A stretch of DNA of 64,000 bases. Source: Octopus sinensis. Lineage: Eukaryota. Both the position numbers and the translations under genes were made by a program. This document shows, piece by piece, positions 24,501 through 32,568 of this stretch (position 1 is the stretch's first letter; every line of letters starts with the position of its first letter). The stretch is from NCBI RefSeq assembly GCF_006345805.1, contig NC_043000.1:113770001-113834000 (forward strand), written 5' to 3'. The notes beneath the pieces are model-generated. The model was not told the DNA's origin. It made no database searches and worked only from the letters and a program-made list of their open reading frames with translations.

Positions 24501-27128
24501 TCTCCGTACTCTAGCGGTTCGGCAAAAGAGACTGATAGCATAAGTAGTAGGCTTATAAAGAACAAGTCCTGGTGTCGACTCCAGTGCGTAACTGGTACTT
24601 ATTAAATCGACTCCGAAAGGATGAAAGGCAAAGTCGACCTCGGCGGAATTTGAACTCAGAACGTAGCGGCAGACAAAATACCTATTTCTTTTCTACCCAC
24701 GAGGGGCTAAACACAGAGAGGACAAACAAGGATAGACAAACGGATTAAGTCGATTATATCGACCCCAGTGCGTAACTGGTACTTATTTAATCGACCCCGA
24801 AAGGATGAAAGGCAAAGTTGACCTCGGCGGAATTTGAACTCGGAGCGTAATCGCAGAGAAAATACTGCAAAGCATTTCGCCCGATGTCCTAACGATTCTG
24901 CCAGCTCGCCGCCCAAAGGGCCAAATATATTGGATGAATTAATTATCGATCTATAATGTCTGAAAATGTTATCGAGGAGGTATGAAAGTTTACAATTTAT
25001 CGTGTAATCGAAGATTTTTGTAATTAAAAAACTAATGAAAACCATTTCTATTAATGAAACTTGTTGTATCTTAGAACAGAGATGACATACAATAACCACA
25101 TTGCTTGTGGGATTCCTCGTCAATCAACCCCACTCTTCCATGAATAATGCCAAATTTGACAATAACATGTGACCAACACCACAGAAAGTCTAACGGTAAA
25201 AGTCTGGTTCTGTTTTTGTTTTTTGCGGGGTTTTATTGACAAATCGAATTTCATAAACTAGTTTATAAAAATAGAGTTAAACTTCGGAAACGCAGCTCAC
25301 AGACTAGATTTAATTATCTTGGGGTTTTTTTTTTAAGAAAAAAAAACACCCTATTTTAAAATAAAACCTCCTGTATTTCTGCATATTTTCAATCGTCCAG
25401 TCTATAATTGGTGAGATTGTCAGCTGTGGGCGAGTGGTGACACACAATGCCGTCTCTCTCACTCAATCAGCTGAGACAAGTTCAATTAAATGTACAACGA
25501 GTTATTAGATTAACTGTTCAGTACCAATATTCGATTTAAATAATAGCTTCAGTTTTAGGAAAAGTGTTTGAGAAAAAATAAAACAATCATTCAAATTTGG
25601 TGTAAAATTTGAAAAAAAAACAAAGCCCTGGTACCCAATTTTCTTGCAGTGTATATTGTAAAACGGCCGGCATATCATAGCAGTAATTAGCCCCAAATGA
25701 CAGGAGACTGGTTAAAGTCAGCACGACAAATCGAAAAAATTCTAGAAAATAAAATAGAAAAATTTAGTGGCATTTACAGCGAAATTAAGGGAAATGAAAT
25801 TAGCTGATAATTGTATTCAAAATTTAGAATTAAAAACTTGCAACAATAATTCAATTTTTAGAATATTCCAAATTGGATTACTTCGATAAATTTAGTTTTG
25901 AGAAAATAGTCAAACGTGGACATAGAGAGGGTTAGTGTTTGGTACAAACAATCGAGAGGTAAATGGTTCGTATTGTATCTGTTTCTTTATTACCCACAAG
26001 GGGCTAAACACAGAGAGGACAAATAAGGACAGACAAACGGATTAAGTCGATTATAGCGACTCCAGTGCGTAATTGGTACTTAATTTATCGACCCCCGAAA
26101 GGATGAAAGGCAAAGTCGACCCCGACGGAATTTGAACTCCGAACATAGCGACGGGCGAAATACCGCGAAGCACTTCGCCCGGCGTGCTAACATCTCTGCC
26201 AGCTCGCCGCCTGATTGGTTCGTATTGTATCATCGACACTTCAATTTGCACGTGACAATCCACAAATGACCTTTCCCCCCAAAACCACACTTCTCTTAAA
26301 TGTAACTAAAAGAGATTCTTAAACTACCTGAGCCGTTTCCACTTCAGTTTCTTTACTGGAAACTGTCCCACAAAGACAATCCGCTTCACCGCTCCATGAT
26401 GTCCCGCACCCTCACAATACACCCTTTCCAATCACCCCTATCTGCTACAAAATCCAGCCCAGAACTTCCCTATTCACATTTTCAATGCAAACTTCAAACT
26501 CCGCACCAACCACACACTTTACACGCTGCTTGTATTTCACAGAGGGATTGATGAGTAGCAACGTCCTAAATTACAGATTTTCATTGAGAGAATCAGAGGC
26601 CCACAAAATTGGTTATAAATTTTGGCACAAGGCCAGCAATTTTAGGTGAGGGGTCAGTCAATTCCATCAACCAGGTACTTATTTTAACGACTCCCAAAAG
26701 ATAAATGGCTAAGCCAACCTCAACGGGATTAGAACTCAGAACGTAAAACCGAACGAAATGCCTTTAAGCATTTCGCCCGGCGTGCTAAGGATTCTACCAG
26801 CTCGGCGCCTCAATACTAATAATGATAATAATAATAAAATAGTTGTTTCAAAGTTTCGCACAAGGCAGCGAGCTGGCAGAATCGTTAGCGCCCTGGACGA
26901 AACGCTTAGCGATATTTCGCCTGTCGCTACGTTCTGAGTTCAAATTACACCGAGGTCAACTTTGCCTTTCGTCCTCCCGGGAGCAGAAGTGGCTGTGTAG
27001 TAAGAAGCTTGCTTCCCAACCACATGGTTCCGGGTTCAGTCCCACTGCGTGACACCTTGAGCAAGTGTCTTTTACTATAGCCTTCAGCCGACAAAAGCCT
27101 TGAGTGGATTAAGTAGACGGAAACTAAA

Positions 27129-27170
<42 letters not shown>

Positions 27171-29076
27171 GTGTGTGTGTGCGTGTGTGTGTAGTGTCGA
27201 CTATGTATGTATATATAGTGTGTGTGGTCCCACTACCATCGCTTGAAACCGATGTTGGTGTGTTTGCGTCGCCTAATTTAGCGTTTCGGCATAAGAGACG
27301 ATACAATAAGTACTAGGCTTATAAAGAATAAGTCCTGAGGTCGATTTGCTCGACTAAAGGCAGTGCTCCAGCATGGTCGCAGTCAAAATGACAAACAAGT
27401 AAAAGAGTAATGCGTTGTATGCATCGCATTGCGTAACTGGTACTTATTTAATCGATCCTGAAAGGATGAAGGGCAAAGTCGACCTCGGCGGAATTTGAAC
27501 TCAGAACGTAGCGGCAGTCGAAGTACCGCAAAGCATTTCGCCTGGCGTGCTAACGTTTCTGCCTTTGACCGGTAGCAGATACGAACCCAGTATTAGTGCA
27601 GTAAACACCACGTTACAAGATTTTTTTTTTTGCTCAAAACCTGTTGATCCTAAATGGATCCTTCCTTTTCCTTACCATAGACGCTCTTGTAGCCCTGATG
27701 GTAAATAATTATTTGCACTTAACATATTGTGCTTCTCGACTATTTGTCTAAGCCATATTTTCTTTCCTTTTCCGTCTTCCTTTTGTTTATATTGTATGTT
27801 CCTGTTTTTCACTCTGATGAAGATCGGTTGCCTTAATTCGAATGCCCCATGAAGATGAAGAATTTAATTCTCGCTTTTATGTTTAGAGTGCATCCTGCTG
27901 TAAGATTTGTTTTGTCATGCTTTGTATAAATAAATAAGCTATAAATGTGGTCCAATCGATGTGTTTGTTAATCTATGGTTTTCTCCATTTTCTAATTATT
28001 TGCATTTATCTTCGGCCCAGTGCGTCCATGCTGCCAACAAAGCACGCGGAATTCTGTTCTTGATTCGACGGTCATTCGGAATGCTCACAGCAGCCATATT
28101 CCTACCACTCTATGTCACGCTGGTGAGACCCATATTGGTGTACGGGATTCAAGCCTCTTCTCCTTATCTCCTCAAAGACATACATCATCTCAAAAGAGTC
28201 CAGAAGCTGGCTACCCGCATGGTTCATGGTCTCAAAAATTTGTCCTACGAAGAAAGGCTGAGGACGCTCGACCTTTATTCTCTGGAAAAACGCCGCCGCC
28301 GTGGTGATCTCATTCTCGCCCACAACATCATAAGCGGAAAGTGTAACCTCTCGAAAGAGCTGTTCTTCACTCCTGCTCCAGAGCGTCGGCTGCGGGGTCA
28401 TTCCGAAAAGCTCTACCTGCGACGATTTCATCTCAATCGAAGGAGAGGAGCTTTCTCCGTCCGGGTTGCGGATCCGTGGAACAAGCTGCCAGACGAGATG
28501 GTGAAGATGCCGACGACCGCTTTGTTCAAAGCCTCCCTGGACCTCAAGTGACCTGAACTCTTTACATGAACACCACCCTGTACTTAACTCCATGTCCCCC
28601 TACATGGCCTTGCTATTTGCTTTTGAGCCAAATTAACTAACTAACTAACTAATATATATATATATATATTATATATATATATATATATATAAAATTCAAA
28701 ATAAGAGAGGGGCAGTGAGAACATTCCTTTCTTAGTGGTTAGACCATGAGGGGTCGACTTCTAGCATAATGGATGTCCACTTAGTGGTCATCACTCTTTA
28801 GATACGCGTGTGTTTCCCGCCAACACTTGACAACTGTTGTAGGTACGTTTATGTCCCCGTAACTTAGCGGTTCGGCAAAAGAACACAAGAATAAGTCCCC
28901 GACTTAAGTTCTGGGGTCGATTCATTCGACTAAATTTCAAGGCGGTGCCCCAGTAATGGCCGCATTTAAATAAAAGAAAAAAAGGACTAAAAATGTTATT
29001 TCCTGTTACAACCCCAATAAATATTGATTCATTACTTACTTCTATTCTGTAAAAAGAGTTCTTTCAATGTAATCAT
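1025..29076 (-). CDS. MFSD1: MFSD1-like major facilitator superfamily transporter, 12 coding exons, 443 codons in window, 3' end missing
   Basis: Manual splicing of 12 GT-AG exons gives one continuous frame (phases 1,0,2,1,1,1,0,2,0,0,2,0). Translation: MITLKELFLQNRKFFRFVVLTLTSLLSFGANYCYDMPAVLQ...FSGFLTDRFG...GRMLLGIGSGSL...FWFQKNELATAYG...ARLGS...SPFVGFLAD...YWPVMTKVIPPHLLGSGLG...LKDKNR. Motif order and 12 hydrophobic segments match the MFSD1 family as I recall it (FGSYFCYDNP, GFLIDR, GRFVFGIG, WFKGKEL, ARIGS, LWPMV). The symbol is family-level; orthology is not established. Confidence 0.92.
3039..3499. repeat. Foldback inverted repeat (about 190 bp paired per arm, 45-bp loop)
   Basis: agagtggttgtatactgtcaac... 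/ ...gttgacagtatacaaccactct. Confidence 0.92.
3705..3807. repeat. 10-bp tandem repeat (TTCATGGAAC)x10
   Basis: Direct reading. Confidence 0.95.
5161..5340. repeat. 10-bp tandem repeat (GTTAAAAGTT)x12, (GTTAAAAGTC)x5, GTTAAAAGTA
   Basis: Direct reading. Confidence 0.95.
5572..5711 (-). CDS. MFSD1: MFSD1-like coding exon 11 (140 bp; ICYWPVMTKVIPPHLLGSGLGICTSLTAIGVGTTSFVVGKILEHDE)
   Basis: Acceptor ttcttttgtatctag, donor AG|gtaagc; TM11. Confidence 0.93.
5750..6070 (-). mobile_element. SINE family C, near full length, with 12-bp target-site duplication
   Basis: Head ggaggcgcaacggcccagtggctaggg; ATGACAATGTTA at 5731-5742 and 6073-6084. Confidence 0.88.
6725..7231 (+). mobile_element. CR1-like LINE 3' fragment with (TAAC)n tail
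   Basis: ORF 6801..7151 LSYEERLKTLDLYSLEKRRRRGDLI...FSVRVADPWNKLP is the typical CR1/L2-clade ORF2 C-terminus. Confidence 0.88.
9255..9392 (-). CDS. MFSD1: MFSD1-like coding exon 10 (138 bp; DYTKSVKRMLFIGILSLLPVFLVLAYTGLNTIICTVWIGLSLTVCV)
   Basis: Acceptor cttttatactttctag, donor GTG|gtaaga; TM9-TM10. Confidence 0.92.
9535..9798. mobile_element. Tc1/mariner-type MITE
   Basis: TIRs tacagggcgttcaaaaagtctctccgcagtg / cactgcggagagactttctgaacaccctgta, TA ends. Confidence 0.85.
10673..10716 (+). ncRNA. Minimal type I hammerhead ribozyme motif, intact core
   Basis: TTCCA-CTGATGA-GGTC(CAGTA)GGCC-GAA-ATTACGTGAT-A-TGGAA: stem I 5 bp, stem II 4 bp, near-palindromic stem III, AUA triplet. Confidence 0.75.
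11214..13070 (+). mobile_element. Internally deleted mariner-like element hosting a 1.4-kb satellite
   Basis: Ends tacgaggtttggtcaaaaagtatc / gatactttttgatcagatct. 12850-13000 resembles a decayed mariner C-terminus (gaatgcttccatcaatggaaacgacgctgg...tactttgaagga). Confidence 0.65.
11400..12825. repeat. Composite satellite (GAGT)n punctuated by GAATGACCAA
   Basis: Direct reading; 18-bp variant gtgaccaagagtatgtga at the right end. Confidence 0.95.
13278..13386 (-). CDS. MFSD1: MFSD1-like coding exon 9 (109 bp; EFFQDKYKISPERSAYIIGAIYDVGMICSPFVGFLA)
   Basis: Acceptor cgtttttatttgaag, donor GCG|gtaagt; TM8. Confidence 0.92.
13800..14311 (+). mobile_element. Non-autonomous Helitron/Helentron (DINE-like) element
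   Basis: Starts actagcagtatcgcccggcgttgctcgggtttgt (subterminal hairpin), ends ttttatatatagagat. Confidence 0.65.
14518..14919 (-). mobile_element. Helitron/Helentron-like element, second subfamily
   Basis: Same termini as 13800-14311, different interior; near-identical copy at 48813-49277(-); older copy at about 18987-19451(+). Confidence 0.65.
15426..15526 (-). CDS. MFSD1: MFSD1-like coding exon 8 (101 bp; SLRDLKQLSCLYWLINISRLFFFNAVVQFVVDS)
   Basis: Acceptor ttttctttctaccag, donor AC|gtaagt; TM7. Confidence 0.9.
16750..16865 (-). CDS. MFSD1: MFSD1-like coding exon 7 (116 bp; FSLCLFSLGLACLLAMIEYSVKDDDDDGTTQNKQHKVA)
   Basis: Acceptor ttttgccttacttcag, donor GCC|gtaagt; TM6 and central loop. 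Confidence 0.9.
17814..17972 (-). CDS. MFSD1: MFSD1-like coding exon 6 (159 bp; VQDRIVAFWFQKNELATAYGIIMAIARLGSVMNFL...TLFF)
   Basis: Acceptor ttgctttgaaatttcag, donor G|gtaagt; overlaps ORF-track entry 17713..17904. Confidence 0.94.
19634..19783 (-). CDS. MFSD1: MFSD1-like coding exon 5 (150 bp; CSLLFSS...MLVGRMLLGIGSGSLR)
   Basis: Acceptor ctgtttctttgcag, donor A|gtaagt; TM3-TM4 with MFS motif B (GRxxxG). Confidence 0.93.
20335..20722 (+). mobile_element. SINE family A dimer
   Basis: Head plus second unit starting at the aaata|ggtatttc junction. Confidence 0.88.
21220..21275 (-). CDS. MFSD1: MFSD1-like coding exon 4 (56 bp; NACIVIFSGFLTDRFGHS)
   Basis: Acceptor ttctttatctcccttag, donor A|gtaagt; MFS motif A (GFLTDRFG). 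Confidence 0.93.
22138..22238 (-). CDS. MFSD1: MFSD1-like coding exon 3 (101 bp; SNCTNPGQHHKCCEECLSLGADRYNQLYTSFSW)
   Basis: Acceptor ctcttctttgtcaacgaag, donor TC|gtaagt; loop 1 and start of TM2. Confidence 0.9.
22634..23006 (+). mobile_element. DINE/HINE-like element
   Basis: Starts aacaagagc; subterminal cctccgccaagg; 3' hairpin ccttcgctaagggcgagg. Confidence 0.45.
23904..24286 (+). mobile_element. SINE family A dimer
   Basis: Same core and junction as the other dimers. Confidence 0.85.
24574..24913 (-). mobile_element. SINE family A dimer (reverse)
   Basis: Reverse complement of the core, ends ccagctcgccgcc. Confidence 0.88.
25635..25741 (-). CDS. MFSD1: MFSD1-like coding exon 2 (107 bp; FFRFVVLTLTSLLSFGANYCYDMPAVLQYTLQENW)
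   Basis: Acceptor ttttattttctag; TM1 with the CYDMP motif; weak donor TGG|gtacca in the required phase 0. Confidence 0.88.
25981..26212 (-). mobile_element. SINE family A monomer (reverse)
   Basis: Full head to tail A. Confidence 0.88.
26986..27405 (+). mobile_element. SINE family B (GTGGCTGTGTGGTAAG head, CORE-like CCTTGGGCAAGTGTCTT, internal (GT)n)
   Basis: Other copies or fragments at about 9829-10120(-), 23312-23640, 24290-24575, 28800-28975, 34630-35064(-), 36012-36215(-), 39605-39985, 46315-46630, 48625-48810, 56597-56745(-), 63710-63860(-). Resembles octopus OR-type CORE-SINEs as I recall them. Confidence 0.85.
28005..28652 (+). mobile_element. CR1-like LINE 3' fragment, longer copy with premature stop
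   Basis: ORF 27961..28551 (AANKARGILFLIRRSF...LYVTLVRPIL); near-identical to 6725-7231; TGG>TGA at 28549-28551. Confidence 0.88.
29040..29076 (-). CDS. MFSD1: MFSD1-like coding exon 1 (37 bp; MITLKELFLQNR+A)
   Basis: Polypyrimidine tract ...cgtttgcttttccag|ATG, donor AGAA|gtaagt; phase 1 matches the next exon (A+AA=Lys). Confidence 0.7.
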
Positions 29077-29295
29077 CTGGAAAAGCAAACGAAAAAATAA
29101 AGAATGATGAAACCATATTGGATAGAATTGATTCTGACAGGACAAAGTCAAAACGAAATTCACAGTGGCTGTGTGGTAAGTAGCATGCTTATCAGCCACA
29201 TGGTTCCGGGTTCAGTCCCACTGCATGGCACCTTGGACAAGTGTCTTCTACTATAGCCTCGGACCGACCAAAGCCTTGTGAGTTAGTGAGTTCTC

Positions 29296-29459
29296 ATACC
29301 TTAGGAATGAAAACCCAGGCTCGAAATTTTCTCCAAAACACCTGATGAAGGCTGGAGGGTATATCAGCCGAAGCGTTGTGTTAACAAACAAGATGAGGAC
29401 AGATAGCCGTCAAATGTATATAATGTAAATAATTCCTCATCTCTTAAATATGGAACTAG
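29296..29459 (+). mobile_element. 5'-truncated copy of the hammerhead-bearing element
   Basis: ataccttaggaatgaaaacccagg...cctgatgaagg...aaacaagatgaggac...tcaaatgtatataatgt matches 37663-37800 in reverse. Confidence 0.7.
29337..29382 (+). ncRNA. Minimal type I hammerhead motif with one core lesion (GAAA>GAAG)
   Basis: AACAC-CTGATGA-A-GGCTG(GAGGGTATAT)CAGCC-GAAG-CGTT-GTGTT. Confidence 0.6.
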
Positions 29460-30422
29460 ATTTTTTTTTACGGAATCCCACTTTTTTGGTTATGGAGGAT
29501 CCAATTCTGGAAAAAAAAATCTTCAAAAATCGCATTTTCAAAATTTTAATCCCCCTCCCACTCTCACCCGTAAAAAAACATCCATTTTCCCGAAAGTTAT
29601 GACGGAAAAATTGGATCTTGTAAAATTTCCGGAAGTCCTCTAACTACCCACCCCAGGTTCGTTTGCGCAAAGTTTTGTCATACTCGTTTTCTACACAGGG
29701 TGAAGATCTTTATATTAACCATAAAAATTAAATACCTTTAGCAGTTTCGAACTCCGGTACTTAGAACGAGAGGTTTCCCGCATGGATATTTCACTTCTAC
29801 AAAAAAATTTCGCTCAGTCGCCGCACCAATTCTCAATCCTGTAGCGAAGTGAATCCCGAACCTCAACTAAAAATGGAATCCGCTTCAGATAACTAACATT
29901 AATAATTTCCCAGTACTCTTAAATACAAGTTAAAAGGAGCCTCAATGTGGTCACTCTGCTTCAAGAAACAACAGTCAAATCTGCCTCAAAAAGAAACGCA
30001 TTCGATAATGTTGCCCGCGGAACATTACTGCAGAAGATAAAATAATCACGCTTTGTTACGTCTTTCTGTTCTATTAGGACTGACCTGGGTCAAAACCATC
30101 TCTCAGAGACGCCATCCGCATAGAAAATAGTTAAATATCAAGATTTCATGTAGAGAATATTGGAAAAGGCTAAACAGAAGTTGTTACAATTAATAAAAAA
30201 ACATTAGCTAATGGCATTTCATTTCAGCAAAACCATGTATATATATATATATAAATATACTATAGTAGTAATAATAATAATAATAGGGAGTATAACTCCA
30301 AACTTACAGGGAAAAATTCAATTTAGTATTAAATCAAATTTCACAGTATAAATATAAATTAGAGATAAAACCACTATTATGCAACTCAAGCAGTGATAGA
30401 CAAACCAATACATAAATAACCA

Positions 30423-30494
<72 letters not shown>

Positions 30495-31099
30495 AATACA
30501 CACACACACACATATATATACACAAATGTATGTATAGTAAAAAAAAAATACGACCACAAAAAAAACAACAATGCGAGTACGTGGTACATGCAAAGTATTA
30601 GCAGACGTTTAGGGAAGGAAAGAAAGGTGGTTTTACGTTTCGAGCAAAGATCTTCGGAAACAGGAGAGAGAAGAAAGTTCAAGAGAAAAGGAAGACGGAG
30701 GAAAAATAATCGCCAACGATTCACACATGCTTACATTTTTTATGTACGCGACAGGTTTCTTTCAGTTACGTCAACCAAATCCTCTTGCAAGGCTTTGGTC
30801 GGTCCGAGGCCATAGGAGACAGTTGCCCAAAGTACCACGCGATAGAACTGAACCCAGATAGTTAATTTGCCCTCAGATCTCTTCCTACGTACTATGATAT
30901 GGAAACGAACACAGATAACGTACTCGTATAACCATTAAAGCAAACGAGATTGTCATGGTTGGAAGGCTTTTGATCAGGAGTCCGACCAATCAAGTTTAAA
31001 ATGGAGATACTAAAAAAAAAAGTGGAGTTAAAATAGCTGTGACCAGATATCGAAACCAGATAACCGACAACATTGAGCGGTAGTTGAATCTCCCGCATG

Positions 31100-31675
31100 A
31101 ATATTTATTTCTTTACTGCCCACAAGGGGCTAAACACAGAAGAATTAAGCACGGCGAAATTTGAACTCAGAACGTACTTAATTTATCGACCCCGAAAGGA
31201 TGAAAGGCAAAGTCGACCTCAGCGGAATTTGAACCCAGAACGTAACGGCAGACGAAATACCCATTTCTTTATTACCCACAAGAGGCTAAACATAAACGGG
31301 ACAGACATAGGTATTAAGTCGATTACATCGACCCAGTGCGTAACTGGTGCTTAATTTATCGACTCCGAAAGGATGAAAGGCAAAGTCGACCTCGGCAGAA
31401 TTTGAACTCAACGTAACGGCAGACGAAATACTCGGCGTGCAAACGTTTCTTGTTTCTTTACTGCCCACAAGGAGCTACACACAAAGGGGACAAACAAGGA
31501 CAGACAAACGGATTCAGTCGATTACATCGACCCCAGTGTGTAACTGGTACTTATTTAATCGAACCCGAAAGGATGAAAGGCAAAGTCGAATTCGGCGGAA
31601 TCAGAACGTAACGGCAGACGAAATACGGTTACGCATTTCGCCCGGCGTGCAAACGATTCTGCCATCTCGCCGCCT
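31100..31675 (-). mobile_element. SINE family A concatemer with internal deletions
   Basis: Three core copies plus a partial unit, in tandem. Confidence 0.8.
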
Positions 31676-32373
31676 TTTCCCCGCATGACTATATCGCACA
31701 ACCTTTATACTTTGGAAAATAAAGGCTGTGTTTTGTGTGAAAAGGAATCTAATTAAAAGTCAAAAGTTAATATGTACTTTGATTCGTGATAAGCTCATTA
31801 GACCGAGCATACGAACAACTAAGAATGTAATAATTTACTGATAAAACGTTATTTCGGAACCTTTACATATAAACAACAGACGCTAAGTGGGCGACTTGAT
31901 TGGGTTTAATATAAACTACAAGGATTACCGAGAGATTATATATATATTCGGTAAGTAATTTGTCTTTTTTTTTCTTTTATTTGCTGAGTTTGATGGAATG
32001 GTCAGTATCCATGGCGTTTTCAGACCTTGCCTGGTCTCAAGGTTGTGATGGCGTTAACGTTTCATAAATGTGTGCTTTGGAAACATTTCTGTTGAATGAA
32101 AGTTTACAAGTTTAAATTTGAAATACGCGTACACTAGCATTGTTGGAGGGCGGCAGGGGCGATCCGTCTCGGGCGGCACTTCTGGGTCTGCTGTAGGTAA
32201 TGTGTTTTTTGTGGAGTCTGGGGGCAGCAAACGGAAGGGCCGCCCCGGGCGGCGCACACACACACACTAGCTACGCTTGTGTATGCATACTAAAGTGGTT
32301 GCGAAAGTCAAACACATATATAGATTCTAACTGTGTGTGTGTGTGTGTGTGTGTGTATACACAATATATATAC

Positions 32374-32568
32374 ACGAGGGGTTGTTGAAAGTTCCTGGTT
32401 TTGGGTAAAACAAAATACAGGAGGATCAGTTAATTATGACTTTATTCAACATATTCCCCTCTCAGATTTACACTTATTGTTGCGGTTCTTCAGTTTTCCT
32501 AAAACCTGTAAAAGAACTCAGAAGGTTGGGCCCCCAACCAGGCCATAAACATTTCAGCACCCCCTCGT
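32374..32568. mobile_element. Mariner-type MITE
   Basis: Imperfect TIRs acgagggggttgttgaaagttcctgg / ccaggccataaacatttcagcaccccctcgt. Confidence 0.7.

Noticed and set aside
27810-27850. CTGATGAAG hammerhead-like start
   Set aside because: Stems II and I do not pair convincingly and GAAA is replaced by GAAT; at best a very decayed relic.
31899-31956. Plus-strand ATTGG, TATAAA and GTAAGT as promoter and first exon
   Set aside because: CCAAT-TATA spacing is too short, the motifs are expected by chance in AT-rich DNA, and no downstream plus-strand exons were recognised.
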